Assembly: GCA_964653285.1 (NCBI GenBank)
Contig: CAZZEX010000012.1
Coordinates: 5,692-69,691 of the forward strand
Reading direction: 5' to 3'
Source of the DNA: an uncultured Anaerolineales bacterium
GTDB taxonomy: Bacteria; Chloroflexota; Anaerolineae; B4-G1
Length of the DNA: 64,000 bases
Positions within the stretch are counted from its first letter, which is position 1, and every line of letters starts with the position of its first letter. Both the position numbers and the translations under genes were made by a program. Positions 53,531 to 62,431 of this stretch are shown here, piece after piece. The notes under the pieces are model-generated. The model saw nothing but the letters and a program-made list of their open reading frames with translations. It was not told the origin of the DNA and made no database searches.

Positions 53531-55021
53531 CTATGGGTTATACTCCAAATAGAAGGGGCTGCCGCCCACCTGGATAGTGATGCGACCGTCGGCCACGCCG
53601 TCGTCCCCATCGTTGTGCCACGCCTCATTCCCAAACTTGTCCACCACCCGCAACGTCTGGGCCGGCACGATCAACGGCAGTGAGGGATCATCGTCAGGAT
53701 TGTAGCGCGTGTCATCCTCCGTCCAGACCACATCCAGCCGCTGCCCACACACCTGGAACACATACCCTTCAATCTGCCCGGAACCGGTCTCCGCCAGCGT
53801 GAGCGGGCGCTGATAAGACGCCCTGGCCAACATAGCGGTCATTCTCTGGAAGGCCCAGTAGGAGGACTTGGGCTGCAGGTCGCTGTCCAGAAGGCCAGGC
53901 AGGATCGGATCGTTCCCGTCGCGCATTTCGTACCACACGATGACCTCCAGCCCCGCCGCCATGCCACGGACGTACCCTTTGACAACGTAGCGACTCTGCA
54001 ACTCGGCGCTGCCCCAGGCAGCGCCGCTGGCCCAGGTGGTCTCAGTGCACATAAGGGGCACGTCCGTGAAGCCGTACGCCGCCAGTCTCTGCCGCACGTA
54101 GTTGGCTTTACCAATGATATACCGGCCGCAGGATTCCCAATCGAGATATTGCTGAGGGTAGTAGTGAAAGTTCATCACATCGAAGCAATCCCGTCCCTGG
54201 CAGGCTGCCAGAACGTCATCGAGGAATTGACGGTCGAAGGGGCCGGGATACTCCTCATCATCGAACCAATCCAGGGCAAGCCCGCCGAAGACCAGATTGG
54301 CCTGGGGGCTGGCCGCCTTGACCACCGGGTACAGCGCCTGGAGCAACGCCGCGTACCCTGCCCCGTTGTGTCCCCAGTAGCCCCACCCCCCAAGCAAGGC
54401 ATGGCCGACGTCGGCGTTGTCCGGTTCGTTGTAGAGTTCGAAGTACCGCACCCAGGGCGAACCGGGAGCGTCGTCCACGCCGTCGCCGTCATACCGCTCC
54501 ACCAGAACCCCGACGAACTCAGCCAGGTCAGCCGTATCCGTCACCGGGCCCATCGGGTAGGCCGCTGCCCAGGATGGCTGGCCCCCGATGGTCAGGATCA
54601 ACTCGATATCTTCCTGCGCAGCGTTCGTCACCGACACGTCCAGACTGGACCAGTTGTAGTTCTCAGGAGTCGTGTTGGCTGGCTCGATGGATGCCCACGA
54701 GAGTGGCACCCGAATCCAGCGTACCCCGGCATCAACCGCTCGGGAGAGACCGTTGCCGGCGTTCAGCGCGTCGTAGAACTGGACGCTGAAAGGGGGGATA
54801 CGTGTGTCCCAGCAGCGGGACAAGAAAGGAAGGTAGACGGTGTAGGTCCCATTGGTTGGGGCCAGCACAGAGACTCGGAGCGTTTCCAGAGGGGGAGACG
54901 CAGGCAATGAATCCGCCTTCTGTGCCGAACCGGCAGACGACCTCAGGACAAGCACTGCCACCAACCCAATGACCACGGAAAAGATGACACGCCCAATCCT
55001 ATTTGCAGATGTGTTCTTCAC
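53531..55021 (-). CDS. secreted clan GH-A glycoside hydrolase (GH5/GH39-like)
   Basis: Signal-like N-terminus. RVPLSWASIEP, FELYNEPD (acid/base Glu) and MCTETTW (nucleophile Glu) are spaced as in a (beta/alpha)8 barrel. Confidence 0.62.
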   Translation of the reverse strand: MKNTSANRIGRVIFSVVIGLVAVLVLRSSAGSAQKADSLPASPPLETLRVSVLAPTNGTYTVYLPFLSRCWDTRIPPFSVQFYDALNAGNGLSRAVDAGVRWIRVPLSWASIEPANTTPENYNWSSLDVSVTNAAQEDIELILTIGGQPSWAAAYPMGPVTDTADLAEFVGVLVERYDGDGVDDAPGSPWVRYFELYNEPDNADVGHALLGGWGYWGHNGAGYAALLQALYPVVKAASPQANLVFGGLALDWFDDEEYPGPFDRQFLDDVLAACQGRDCFDVMNFHYYPQQYLDWESCGRYIIGKANYVRQRLAAYGFTDVPLMCTETTWASGAAWGSAELQSRYVVKGYVRGMAAGLEVIVWYEMRDGNDPILPGLLDSDLQPKSSYWAFQRMTAMLARASYQRPLTLAETGSGQIEGYVFQVCGQRLDVVWTEDDTRYNPDDDPSLPLIVPAQTLRVVDKFGNEAWHNDGDDGVADGRITIQVGGSPFYLEYNP

Positions 55022-55048
55022 TTACCTCCTCCTCCTCCTACTCCTCGT

Positions 55049-56170
55049 CTAATAAGACCGCATGGCGACCGGGAAATAGACGCGATAGGGCCTTGAGGCA
55101 AGCACCCATAAGTCTCCAGCGCTGTCCGTCGCAATGCCCGTGGGGGTCAGGCCCGCCAGCGGTAGTGGGTAATAGTCCCTCTGGGGATGGCCGCCGGGTA
55201 TCAAGCGTCCTATCTGGCCTGCCTGCCACTGGGTAAACCAAAGATAGTCGTTGGCATCCGCCACAAGACTGGTGGGCAGGCTACCAGACGGCGCAAGGTC
55301 GTACGGGATGACAATGGGGAATGTGCCGTATTCATAGTGGCTCACCCGGCTGCCGGCTCGCTCCGTGCCCCACACTCTACCGGAACCATCCAGCGCCAGT
55401 GCGTACGGCTCGTCTGGAATGTCGGGGGCAAAGCCATAGATTTGTATCCAACTGTCGGGCGGCGTAAAGCGGGTCACCAGGTCGTTAGCCGTCTGCGCGA
55501 AATAGACGCTCGTCCCAGCGGCCACGACGCCGTAAGGCCGGCCGCCGCTGAGAGAAGTGTGGAAATACTCCGTGACGGCGTAATCGGCGGTGGAGGTGAT
55601 CACCAGGCGAGCAATCTGGTCTGCCATCATCTCAGTGAACCAGATACTTCCGTCAGGGGCGTAATCCAGGTCGGCCGGATAACTGCCCGCCGGCACTGCA
55701 AATTCGTCAATCTGCCCCGTCGCCGGATCCAGCCGCCCGATGTAGTCTCCGCCTGCCGCCGTGAACCAGATGAAACCCCCGCCCGAAACCAGGTTCAAAG
55801 GCCGGCTACCCACTGTCAGAGTGTATTCGTGGAATGTGCAGTCGTTAGTGTCGGTATACGTTAGTCTGCCAATTCGGTCCACTCCCAATTCAGTAAACCA
55901 GACATCCAGATGACTCGTGCCAGCAACAACCGCCACATCCCAAGGATTGGCATTCTCGGTTGGGACGGTGAAGGTGAACACGAAAGATGAAGTGCCTGGA
56001 TCGAACCGATAGACGAAGGACTCACCCTCGGAATTGGTGATCAGAGGCATCGCTGCGCCAGCGCCTGCCGGCGCTTGACTTCCGAGGAGGAGCACAAGAG
56101 CGACAGACACAGTGATGACACCAACCGCTATGAGCACGCACCGCCAACCACCAGCAGCCATCACAATCAT
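55049..56170 (-). CDS. secreted beta-propeller protein with Vgb (virginiamycin B lyase)-type repeats
   Basis: The blade motif recurs: VWFTELGVDRIGRL, IWFTAAGGDYIGRLDP, IWFTEMMADQIARL, LWFTQWQAGQIGRL. Confidence 0.65.
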   Translation of the reverse strand: MIVMAAGGWRCVLIAVGVITVSVALVLLLGSQAPAGAGAAMPLITNSEGESFVYRFDPGTSSFVFTFTVPTENANPWDVAVVAGTSHLDVWFTELGVDRIGRLTYTDTNDCTFHEYTLTVGSRPLNLVSGGGFIWFTAAGGDYIGRLDPATGQIDEFAVPAGSYPADLDYAPDGSIWFTEMMADQIARLVITSTADYAVTEYFHTSLSGGRPYGVVAAGTSVYFAQTANDLVTRFTPPDSWIQIYGFAPDIPDEPYALALDGSGRVWGTERAGSRVSHYEYGTFPIVIPYDLAPSGSLPTSLVADANDYLWFTQWQAGQIGRLIPGGHPQRDYYPLPLAGLTPTGIATDSAGDLWVLASRPYRVYFPVAMRSY

Positions 56171-56300
56171 CCTCCTTGCTGCCGACCATCACCAGCACGC
56201 GCCATGGCATCCTGTGCGAGCCTGGCCGTCAACCCACCCTCACCGGTGCAAAGTTCTACATTCGACCGGAAGCAGGCTGGCCCAGAGCGGCAACTCCCTC

Positions 56301-56651
56301 CTACACACATCGTCGAACCACCACCAGGACGAGGAGACCGACTGCCACCAGCGCCACACCCAGGAGGAAGCGCATGCTCCATCCCCCAGTCTCCGGCAGC
56401 AACGGCTCCGCCGGCCCCCCGGCGGGGGTTGCCTCCACCGTGGCGGTGGGAGTGGGCGACGGTTGGTCCGGCGGTGGTTCTGTCGGCGGTGGTGGCGGCG
56501 GTGGCGGTTCCGTCGGTGGCGGCGGAGGAGTCCGCGTCGGCACCGTCTGCCGCGCCGGGCTCTGCCCCGGCGCGGCCCACAGGTCCGGCCCCACGGCTAA
56601 CCCCACCACCAGTATCCCCAACAGCACGAGCCAGAGCGCATTCCTTCTCAT
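56301..56651 (-). CDS. 116-aa proline-rich surface protein with LPXTG-type sorting signal
   Basis: Signal peptide, PPPPPTEPPPPPPPPTEPPP, then LPETGG + hydrophobic helix FLLGVALVAVGLLVLVVV + RR tail. Confidence 0.7.
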   Translation of the reverse strand: MRRNALWLVLLGILVVGLAVGPDLWAAPGQSPARQTVPTRTPPPPPTEPPPPPPPPTEPPPDQPSPTPTATVEATPAGGPAEPLLPETGGWSMRFLLGVALVAVGLLVLVVVRRCV

Positions 56652-56778
56652 GACTCCCTCCCTAAATGAAGCCTAGAACTCCCGTGGGCCACCTGGGTCG
56701 CCAGATGGACATTTTATCCGAATTTCAATTGTACCATGTCTGCCGAAAGTGTCCAGGTCGGTCGCGCGCCTGCGCACC

Positions 56779-58734
56779 CTATTCATAGGTCACCTCGACG
56801 ATGGTGTCGGTGTCGAGTTCCAGCGCGAACGTCAGAGACTCCCCGTCAATCACGCGCGGGGGCGGTGTGGCTGCCAACAGTTGTGCACCGGGCGGGAGGG
56901 CAATCGTAAGCGACACCGGTGTGCCATCTGTGCCCGGCTGCTTCTGAACCAAGAGCGCATAGCGCCACTGTCCCTCACTCGAGTGGGCAACGCGTGGCAA
57001 GTCGTAATAGAAGCGTGTCTCTAACGCCTGTCCTCGCTCGACGACGAAGAACTGTGCAAAAACAGCCTTGTCCCCTTCGACCGGCAGCACCTCGGCCTCA
57101 CCGGCAGCGGCCACTCCCCGGAGCAGATATTCGGCTGGCGTGGGATGACGAGACGCTATGTACAGATGACTGCCCTCCGGCACGTAGACACGGAGATAGT
57201 TCCAGTAGCAGCCCTCCATCAGGCTCTCGTAGGTCACCCTCTCCCCCTCAGTGTAAGTCGCGCGCTGGTGGCACACACTGCCGTTCCCTCGCCCAGTGTG
57301 TTGGTAGTCTACTGCCAGCACAGCCTGGGCACTGCCGTCCGCACGCAGTGCGACTTGATACTCCAGCGCCCGCTTGATGCGGGGGTTGACCTTGTTAAAG
57401 CCCAGACTGGCGTCAACCACCATGAGATAATCACCCTCAACCGGGCGCAAGGCACCGTCCCAACCCTGGGCATGCAGCCAGGAGGCCGCGGCTGGTTCCT
57501 GCAGGTAAATCAGCAGGTAGCGCTCCTCCAGTATTTGCCACAGCGCCTGCATCAGCCTGAACCAATCTACCGTCTCCGGCTGCTGTCTGATCCGCTCCAG
57601 CACCGTCTGCGCCAACTCATCCATAAAGTCCTTGTGCGTGTCCGCCCACTCAGAGCTCACCCCCTCATCGGAGGGATTCCAGGCCTGGCGCACCATCCTG
57701 GCAAAACTCTCACCCGTGACGGGCTCATCCCACCTCTCCACCACGACCGGCCCCAGTGCCTCTACCAGGCGGGCCGCCCCCTGCAGGTCGAAGGCGATCA
57801 CTCCATCCAATTCGACCCCCTGGCCGTAGGTGTATAGTTCGGCCGCTTTCTGGGCTGAGGTGGGAAAGTCGGGGGACCAGTTCGCATCCCGGAACACCCA
57901 CAGTTCCGCAAGCATGTACTTATACAAGGGGGCCGGAGGCTCATCATAGGGCTTGCTGAAATCGTCAACACAGTATGACTCGCGGAAAAAGAACTCGACG
58001 ATATCACCGGCATCCACAGTCACACGGCCGGCCCCGGTGATAAAACCACCTGTGGGTCGCAGTTCATCGCTGTTTTGAGCCAACAGCAGGTAGGTTCGAG
58101 GGCCAGAGGCTCCTAACAAGTCCGGTGCCAGCAGCGCCGCTTCGACCCCGGCCCGAGCCAGTGGCAACGCGCGGTCCAGCGTCTTCACCAGGCGCGCCAG
58201 ACGCGGGGAGAGTCGTGTCAAGTCCACTTCGGCCCGACGCTGCGCTGCACGCTCCACGAGCGCCTGGGCGGCCTCCAGTTGGGGCCGCGCATCCGCCAGC
58301 GTGTGCACAGCCAGAGGAAGTGGGTGCTCACCTTCCGCCACCGTGCCCGCGTCCACCAGGTTCAACAGCGGCGCGAGCCCCTCCATCGCTGTCTCGCCCG
58401 CGTCAGTTAGATCCACGGCGATATCGAGCAGCGGCGGCAACGCCTGCAGGTCCGGCCCGACCCCAGGCACCCAGCCCAGGCGGGAGGCCAGCGCCAGGAA
58501 GGGGCGTGCTTCATCGCGCAGCGTCGCCAACTCAGCGCGGGTGCCCTGCAACAGCGGCACCAACGTCGTTGGGCCCGCCAGGCCCGGATCGGCGGCCAGT
58601 GCCGGCACTGTGTCCATCCGCTCCAGCAAGGGCTGCGCGGCTCGCCAGACTCGCCACACACGATACCCGAGCATGGCCAGCGCCAGTGCCAGCCCGGCGA
58701 CCAGCAGCCAGGCCCCCACACGTCGGGGCGTCAC
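56779..58734 (-). CDS. DUF4012-domain membrane protein
   Basis: Basic N-terminus + TM helix. GPRTYLLLAQNSDELRPTGGFITGAG is the hallmark DUF4012 motif. GTG 58734 forms a GTGA overlap with the upstream gene stop. Confidence 0.75.
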   Translation of the reverse strand: MTPRRVGAWLLVAGLALALAMLGYRVWRVWRAAQPLLERMDTVPALAADPGLAGPTTLVPLLQGTRAELATLRDEARPFLALASRLGWVPGVGPDLQALPPLLDIAVDLTDAGETAMEGLAPLLNLVDAGTVAEGEHPLPLAVHTLADARPQLEAAQALVERAAQRRAEVDLTRLSPRLARLVKTLDRALPLARAGVEAALLAPDLLGASGPRTYLLLAQNSDELRPTGGFITGAGRVTVDAGDIVEFFFRESYCVDDFSKPYDEPPAPLYKYMLAELWVFRDANWSPDFPTSAQKAAELYTYGQGVELDGVIAFDLQGAARLVEALGPVVVERWDEPVTGESFARMVRQAWNPSDEGVSSEWADTHKDFMDELAQTVLERIRQQPETVDWFRLMQALWQILEERYLLIYLQEPAAASWLHAQGWDGALRPVEGDYLMVVDASLGFNKVNPRIKRALEYQVALRADGSAQAVLAVDYQHTGRGNGSVCHQRATYTEGERVTYESLMEGCYWNYLRVYVPEGSHLYIASRHPTPAEYLLRGVAAAGEAEVLPVEGDKAVFAQFFVVERGQALETRFYYDLPRVAHSSEGQWRYALLVQKQPGTDGTPVSLTIALPPGAQLLAATPPPRVIDGESLTFALELDTDTIVEVTYE

Positions 58735-60263
58735 TCGCTTTCTGCACACCTCAACCAACGGTCCTCCTCCCCAACGACCTCACAGACCGGCCGTGTAGAA
58801 TTCGCCCGGCCCAGTTCACCTACATCGTCCCCCGGCACAACCAGCCCCGGATAGGCGCACTGCAGACCGGCGCGGTACCAATCATACCCCAGGAGGCCCA
58901 TATCCACAACTGCCACGTCGGGGCGCTGCCCCAGCACGTGCTGGAAGTACCACAGCGTGAAAGTATGGGCATCCTGGGCGCTCAACAACACAGTCCGCTC
59001 GGGCGCAGCGGCCAATACCTCCTCTCCGAAGTCACGCGCCACTGTATCCCGGTGCACGTCCATTCCGCGGTAGTTCAGGAGCAGCGCGGACAGCGGCCCC
59101 ACGCAAGCCAGGCACACCCCGGCCGCCAGGCCCCAGCGTGGACCCAGGCGGCCGCGCAGCCAACTCAGGCTCTGCGCCAGCCCTTCACCCAGCCAGAAGG
59201 CAGAGATGACCAGAGCCGGGATCAGGTAGACATAAGAGTCAGCAGTGTCATAACCGATGGCGTAGGCCACGTACAGCAGCCAGCTCAGCCCGCTCGCCAG
59301 CAGCAACCCTCGTTGCCGACGCGCCAGCGAATCCACACCGATCACACCCAGTGCCACCCCTGTCGGCCCAAAGCCAGACGCCAGGTACCGCACCAGGACG
59401 AGCAGTCGGGCGGGCACGGCCCCTGGTGGCAGCGCGAAGACGTAGCCCCGGTAGAGCGCACCCGATACGAGCCACCACCACCCTGCCAGCGTCGTGGGGT
59501 CCCCCCAGGTGATGGCTCCCTGGCCGGCTCGCAGTGGCAGATAGACGTACGTGGAGAGGCCCACCACAGTGCCCAACAGCCAGGGAAGGGAGACTGAGGG
59601 GAACGAGCGCCCGCGCCGCCCAGCAGCGAGTGCCCACATCACGATCGGCAGCAAAGCCACGCCGGTCAGGTGTGTACCCAGGCTCAGCCCCCATGCCAGT
59701 CCCAGCGCCACAGGGGAGAAGTCCGAGCGCCGCACGTGAAATGCCAGCCACAATACCAACGCGACGAAGGCAGCGTTGACAGCATAGACCTCAGCGACGA
59801 GGGCCTGGGACCAGAGCACAGGGACAAGGGCCAACCCCCAGGCCGCGCCCAGCCCCGCTGCCACAGCGTCCTTACCCATCCCCTGCCTCCCCCGCCGCCA
59901 CTCCCACACCGCCGCGCCCAGCCCCAATGCAGCCAATGCAGCCCCCATCGCCGACATAAGGTTGAGCCGCCAGGCCACGTCCCGTAGCGGCAGATGCGCA
60001 AACAGCCAACCCAGCAGGCAGTAAGTGGGATAGCCTGGGGGATGAGGCACACCCAGCGTGTAGGCTGCCGTGATCAGATCGCCACCGTCGGCGCCGTCGT
60101 GGGCCCAGGTGATGGTGGGGGCCAGCGTCAGCAGATAGACCAGCAAGGGCGCCGCCAGCGCCGCCAATGCTGCCCAACGCCACCCCACCCCGGCAAACCT
60201 GGGGTCAGAATTATCAGCCACCACAGGTTTAACCCTGGGGCTGCCTTGTATGCAGCCCCTCAT
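58731..60263 (-). CDS. DUF2723 (TMEM260-like) GT-C fold membrane glycosyltransferase
   Basis: LLVYLLTLAPTITWAHDGADGGDLITAAYTLGVPHPPGYPTYCLLGWLF is the DUF2723 N-terminal signature. About 11 TM helices. The start is uncertain (ATG 60263, or GTG 60224/60221, which would avoid overlap with the GT4 gene). Confidence 0.7.
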   Translation of the reverse strand: MRGCIQGSPRVKPVVADNSDPRFAGVGWRWAALAALAAPLLVYLLTLAPTITWAHDGADGGDLITAAYTLGVPHPPGYPTYCLLGWLFAHLPLRDVAWRLNLMSAMGAALAALGLGAAVWEWRRGRQGMGKDAVAAGLGAAWGLALVPVLWSQALVAEVYAVNAAFVALVLWLAFHVRRSDFSPVALGLAWGLSLGTHLTGVALLPIVMWALAAGRRGRSFPSVSLPWLLGTVVGLSTYVYLPLRAGQGAITWGDPTTLAGWWWLVSGALYRGYVFALPPGAVPARLLVLVRYLASGFGPTGVALGVIGVDSLARRQRGLLLASGLSWLLYVAYAIGYDTADSYVYLIPALVISAFWLGEGLAQSLSWLRGRLGPRWGLAAGVCLACVGPLSALLLNYRGMDVHRDTVARDFGEEVLAAAPERTVLLSAQDAHTFTLWYFQHVLGQRPDVAVVDMGLLGYDWYRAGLQCAYPGLVVPGDDVGELGRANSTRPVCEVVGEEDRWLRCAESE

Positions 60264-61395
60264 ACAGCGCCTGGTGGCTATCCAGCATTCGTTCCAGGGA
60301 GAACTCAGCGACCACCTTTTGCCTCCCGGCGACCGCCAATCTATGAGCCCACCGCGGGTACTGTAACAGGGACAGGATGGCACCGGCCATAGGTGCAGGT
60401 GCATTCGCCGGTACGACCAGACCAGACACCTGGTCGTCAATGACGTCCCGGGTACCCACAACATCGGTCACGACCACGGGCAATGCCAGCGCCATCGCCT
60501 CCAGCAAGGCAAAGGACAACCCCTCGTACTGGGAAGCCAGTACAAAGACGTCAAACGCCCGCATAACCTCCCACACATCTTCACGGTGTCCCAGTAGACG
60601 CAGAGGAACGTACTCCACCCTGGCTCGGGCCTCAACTTCGGCCTGCAGCGGCCCCGACCCGGCCCACACAAACAGTGCCCCTGGCGCTTCGTCGGCCACC
60701 TGTCTGGCCGCCTGGACGAACACGAGAGGAGCCTTCTGTGGCACCAGTCGCCCCACGGCTCCCACCACATACCGATCAGGGTGAATGCCCAGACGCGACT
60801 TTGCCTCTGCCCTCGTCAACCCGGCCACTCTGTCAATGTGCGCGACGTCAACGCCATTGGGAATGACGCGGATACGGGGTGAGGCGACAATATGGTGGCG
60901 AATCAACACGTTTCGCTCACCAACCGAGACCGCGATCATGGCTGTGGTCAGATATCCTGCCAGCCGTTCCAGGTTGAGATAGAACTGGCGGCTTATCCCG
61001 GTTTTCTCCAGGAAGTACAGGCCATTCGGGGTATGAATAACCGGAGTACTGCAGCACCGCGCCGCCATTCTGCCCAAGAAGCCCCCTTTGGAACTGTGCG
61101 TATGCACCAGAGCGAAGCGCCCTCCTCGCAACAGCCGACAGAGAGCCACAAGAGCAATGGCATCCCGCAAGCCAATCCGGCGTTGCATAGGCAGCGGGTA
61201 AAATGGTACCCCTTGCCGCTTTAAGTTCTCAACAAAGGCCGTGTCTCCATAGTGCTCACATCGCTGCCAGGGAGCAGCCACAGCAACATCCATCCCTCTG
61301 GTACGCAAGCCCACGGTCAGGGCGGTGACGTAGCATCGCACACCGGCTGTGGTCGCCTCAACCACGTGAAGAATGCGCAGTGGGTCAGCACTCAT
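60229..61395 (-). CDS. GT4 (group 1) glycosyltransferase
   Basis: LRILHVVEATTAGVRCYV N-terminus and VFVLASQYEGLSFALLEAMALALPVVVTDVVGTRDVI E-x7-E region. Confidence 0.85.
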   Translation of the reverse strand: MSADPLRILHVVEATTAGVRCYVTALTVGLRTRGMDVAVAAPWQRCEHYGDTAFVENLKRQGVPFYPLPMQRRIGLRDAIALVALCRLLRGGRFALVHTHSSKGGFLGRMAARCCSTPVIHTPNGLYFLEKTGISRQFYLNLERLAGYLTTAMIAVSVGERNVLIRHHIVASPRIRVIPNGVDVAHIDRVAGLTRAEAKSRLGIHPDRYVVGAVGRLVPQKAPLVFVQAARQVADEAPGALFVWAGSGPLQAEVEARARVEYVPLRLLGHREDVWEVMRAFDVFVLASQYEGLSFALLEAMALALPVVVTDVVGTRDVIDDQVSGLVVPANAPAPMAGAILSLLQYPRWAHRLAVAGRQKVVAEFSLERMLDSHQALYEGLHTRQPQG

Positions 61396-62428
61396 CGGAG
61401 AATCTGGTTTTCAACTGGCTGCGCCACACCAGCCACACTGTCATTGCCACCGGGGGCAAGAAGTCAATAAGGTGCATCAGCACCCCGTAACTCAGCGCCG
61501 TGGCCCGATCAACGTTAAAAATACCCAACGCCAACACGACCGCGCCTTCATACACGCCGACGCTGGCCGGTAGAGAGGGCAGGGCAATGCCTACCCGCAG
61601 CGCTGCCGACACGGTCAATGCCATCGGCCAGGATGGAGGTAGGCCTAAAGCGAGGAACGTCGCCAGATTCGCAGCCGCTCCCCAGATCCACGCACCCACC
61701 GACAACGCAACAGCCCGCCAAAGCAAGTGGGAGCGTCTCAGGCCCTCAATGCCCTCGATCACGTGAGCCAGCCGTTCCTGCATCGTGGGCCACCATTGGA
61801 TATTGTGCCGATCAGCAATCCATCCCAACCGGCTCAAAAGAGGCTCTTGCCAGGCCAGACCAGCCCTCAGTCCGATGTACAAGAAAATCAGCGCAATCAC
61901 CACTCCCCACGTGGCCTGTGCCAGCCAGGACGGCCTGGCGGGGGCCCAGAATGGAACCAGGGATAACACCAGCACCAGTAGGGCCAGGTCCAGCACTTTT
62001 TCACCTGCCATAGTCCCCAGCGCGCGGGCCTTGCTTTGACCACCGCGTTCGCCCAGCCAGTAAATGCGAGGGATATCCCCGCTCCGAGCCGGCAGGAGAT
62101 AGTTCATCGTCTGGCCAATGAGCATGGCCGTCAGTGCGACCTCGAACGGTGGCACCGGTGGGGTGAAAAGCGCGCGCCAGCGGGCGGCACGCACAAGTGT
62201 ATGCGTAAGGATCATGGTAGCGGCCAAAGCGACCCAGCGATAGTCTATCTGATGCCATAACGCAGATAACCGCTGCCAGTCCAGTTTGTGAATGCTCAAG
62301 AACACGCAAGATAAACTTGTTATCAGGCCGATCCAAAAGGTTGGGGATTTGAGTTTAAGCGCAGCCAGTTTGCGCAGATTGGGCTTCACTGCTACTACTT
62401 TGGCACGGACCTGAGTCTCCTGGGGCAC
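61385..62428 (-). CDS. flippase-like (LPG_synthase_TM / UPF0104) membrane protein
   Basis: IGLITSLSCVFLSIHKLDW..L......IDYRWVALAATMILTHTLVRAARWRALF and eight TM helices. GTG start. Confidence 0.68.
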   Translation of the reverse strand: MPQETQVRAKVVAVKPNLRKLAALKLKSPTFWIGLITSLSCVFLSIHKLDWQRLSALWHQIDYRWVALAATMILTHTLVRAARWRALFTPPVPPFEVALTAMLIGQTMNYLLPARSGDIPRIYWLGERGGQSKARALGTMAGEKVLDLALLVLVLSLVPFWAPARPSWLAQATWGVVIALIFLYIGLRAGLAWQEPLLSRLGWIADRHNIQWWPTMQERLAHVIEGIEGLRRSHLLWRAVALSVGAWIWGAAANLATFLALGLPPSWPMALTVSAALRVGIALPSLPASVGVYEGAVVLALGIFNVDRATALSYGVLMHLIDFLPPVAMTVWLVWRSQLKTRFSDEC

Positions 62429-62431
62429 GCG

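Noticed and set aside
56075-56676. Three overlapping plus-strand ORFs (162-192 aa) rich in Pro/Arg/Gly
   Set aside because: They are antisense reading frames of the polyproline LPXTG gene and of the 5' end of the propeller gene. The minus-strand product has a coherent signal peptide, LPETGG, TM helix and RR architecture.
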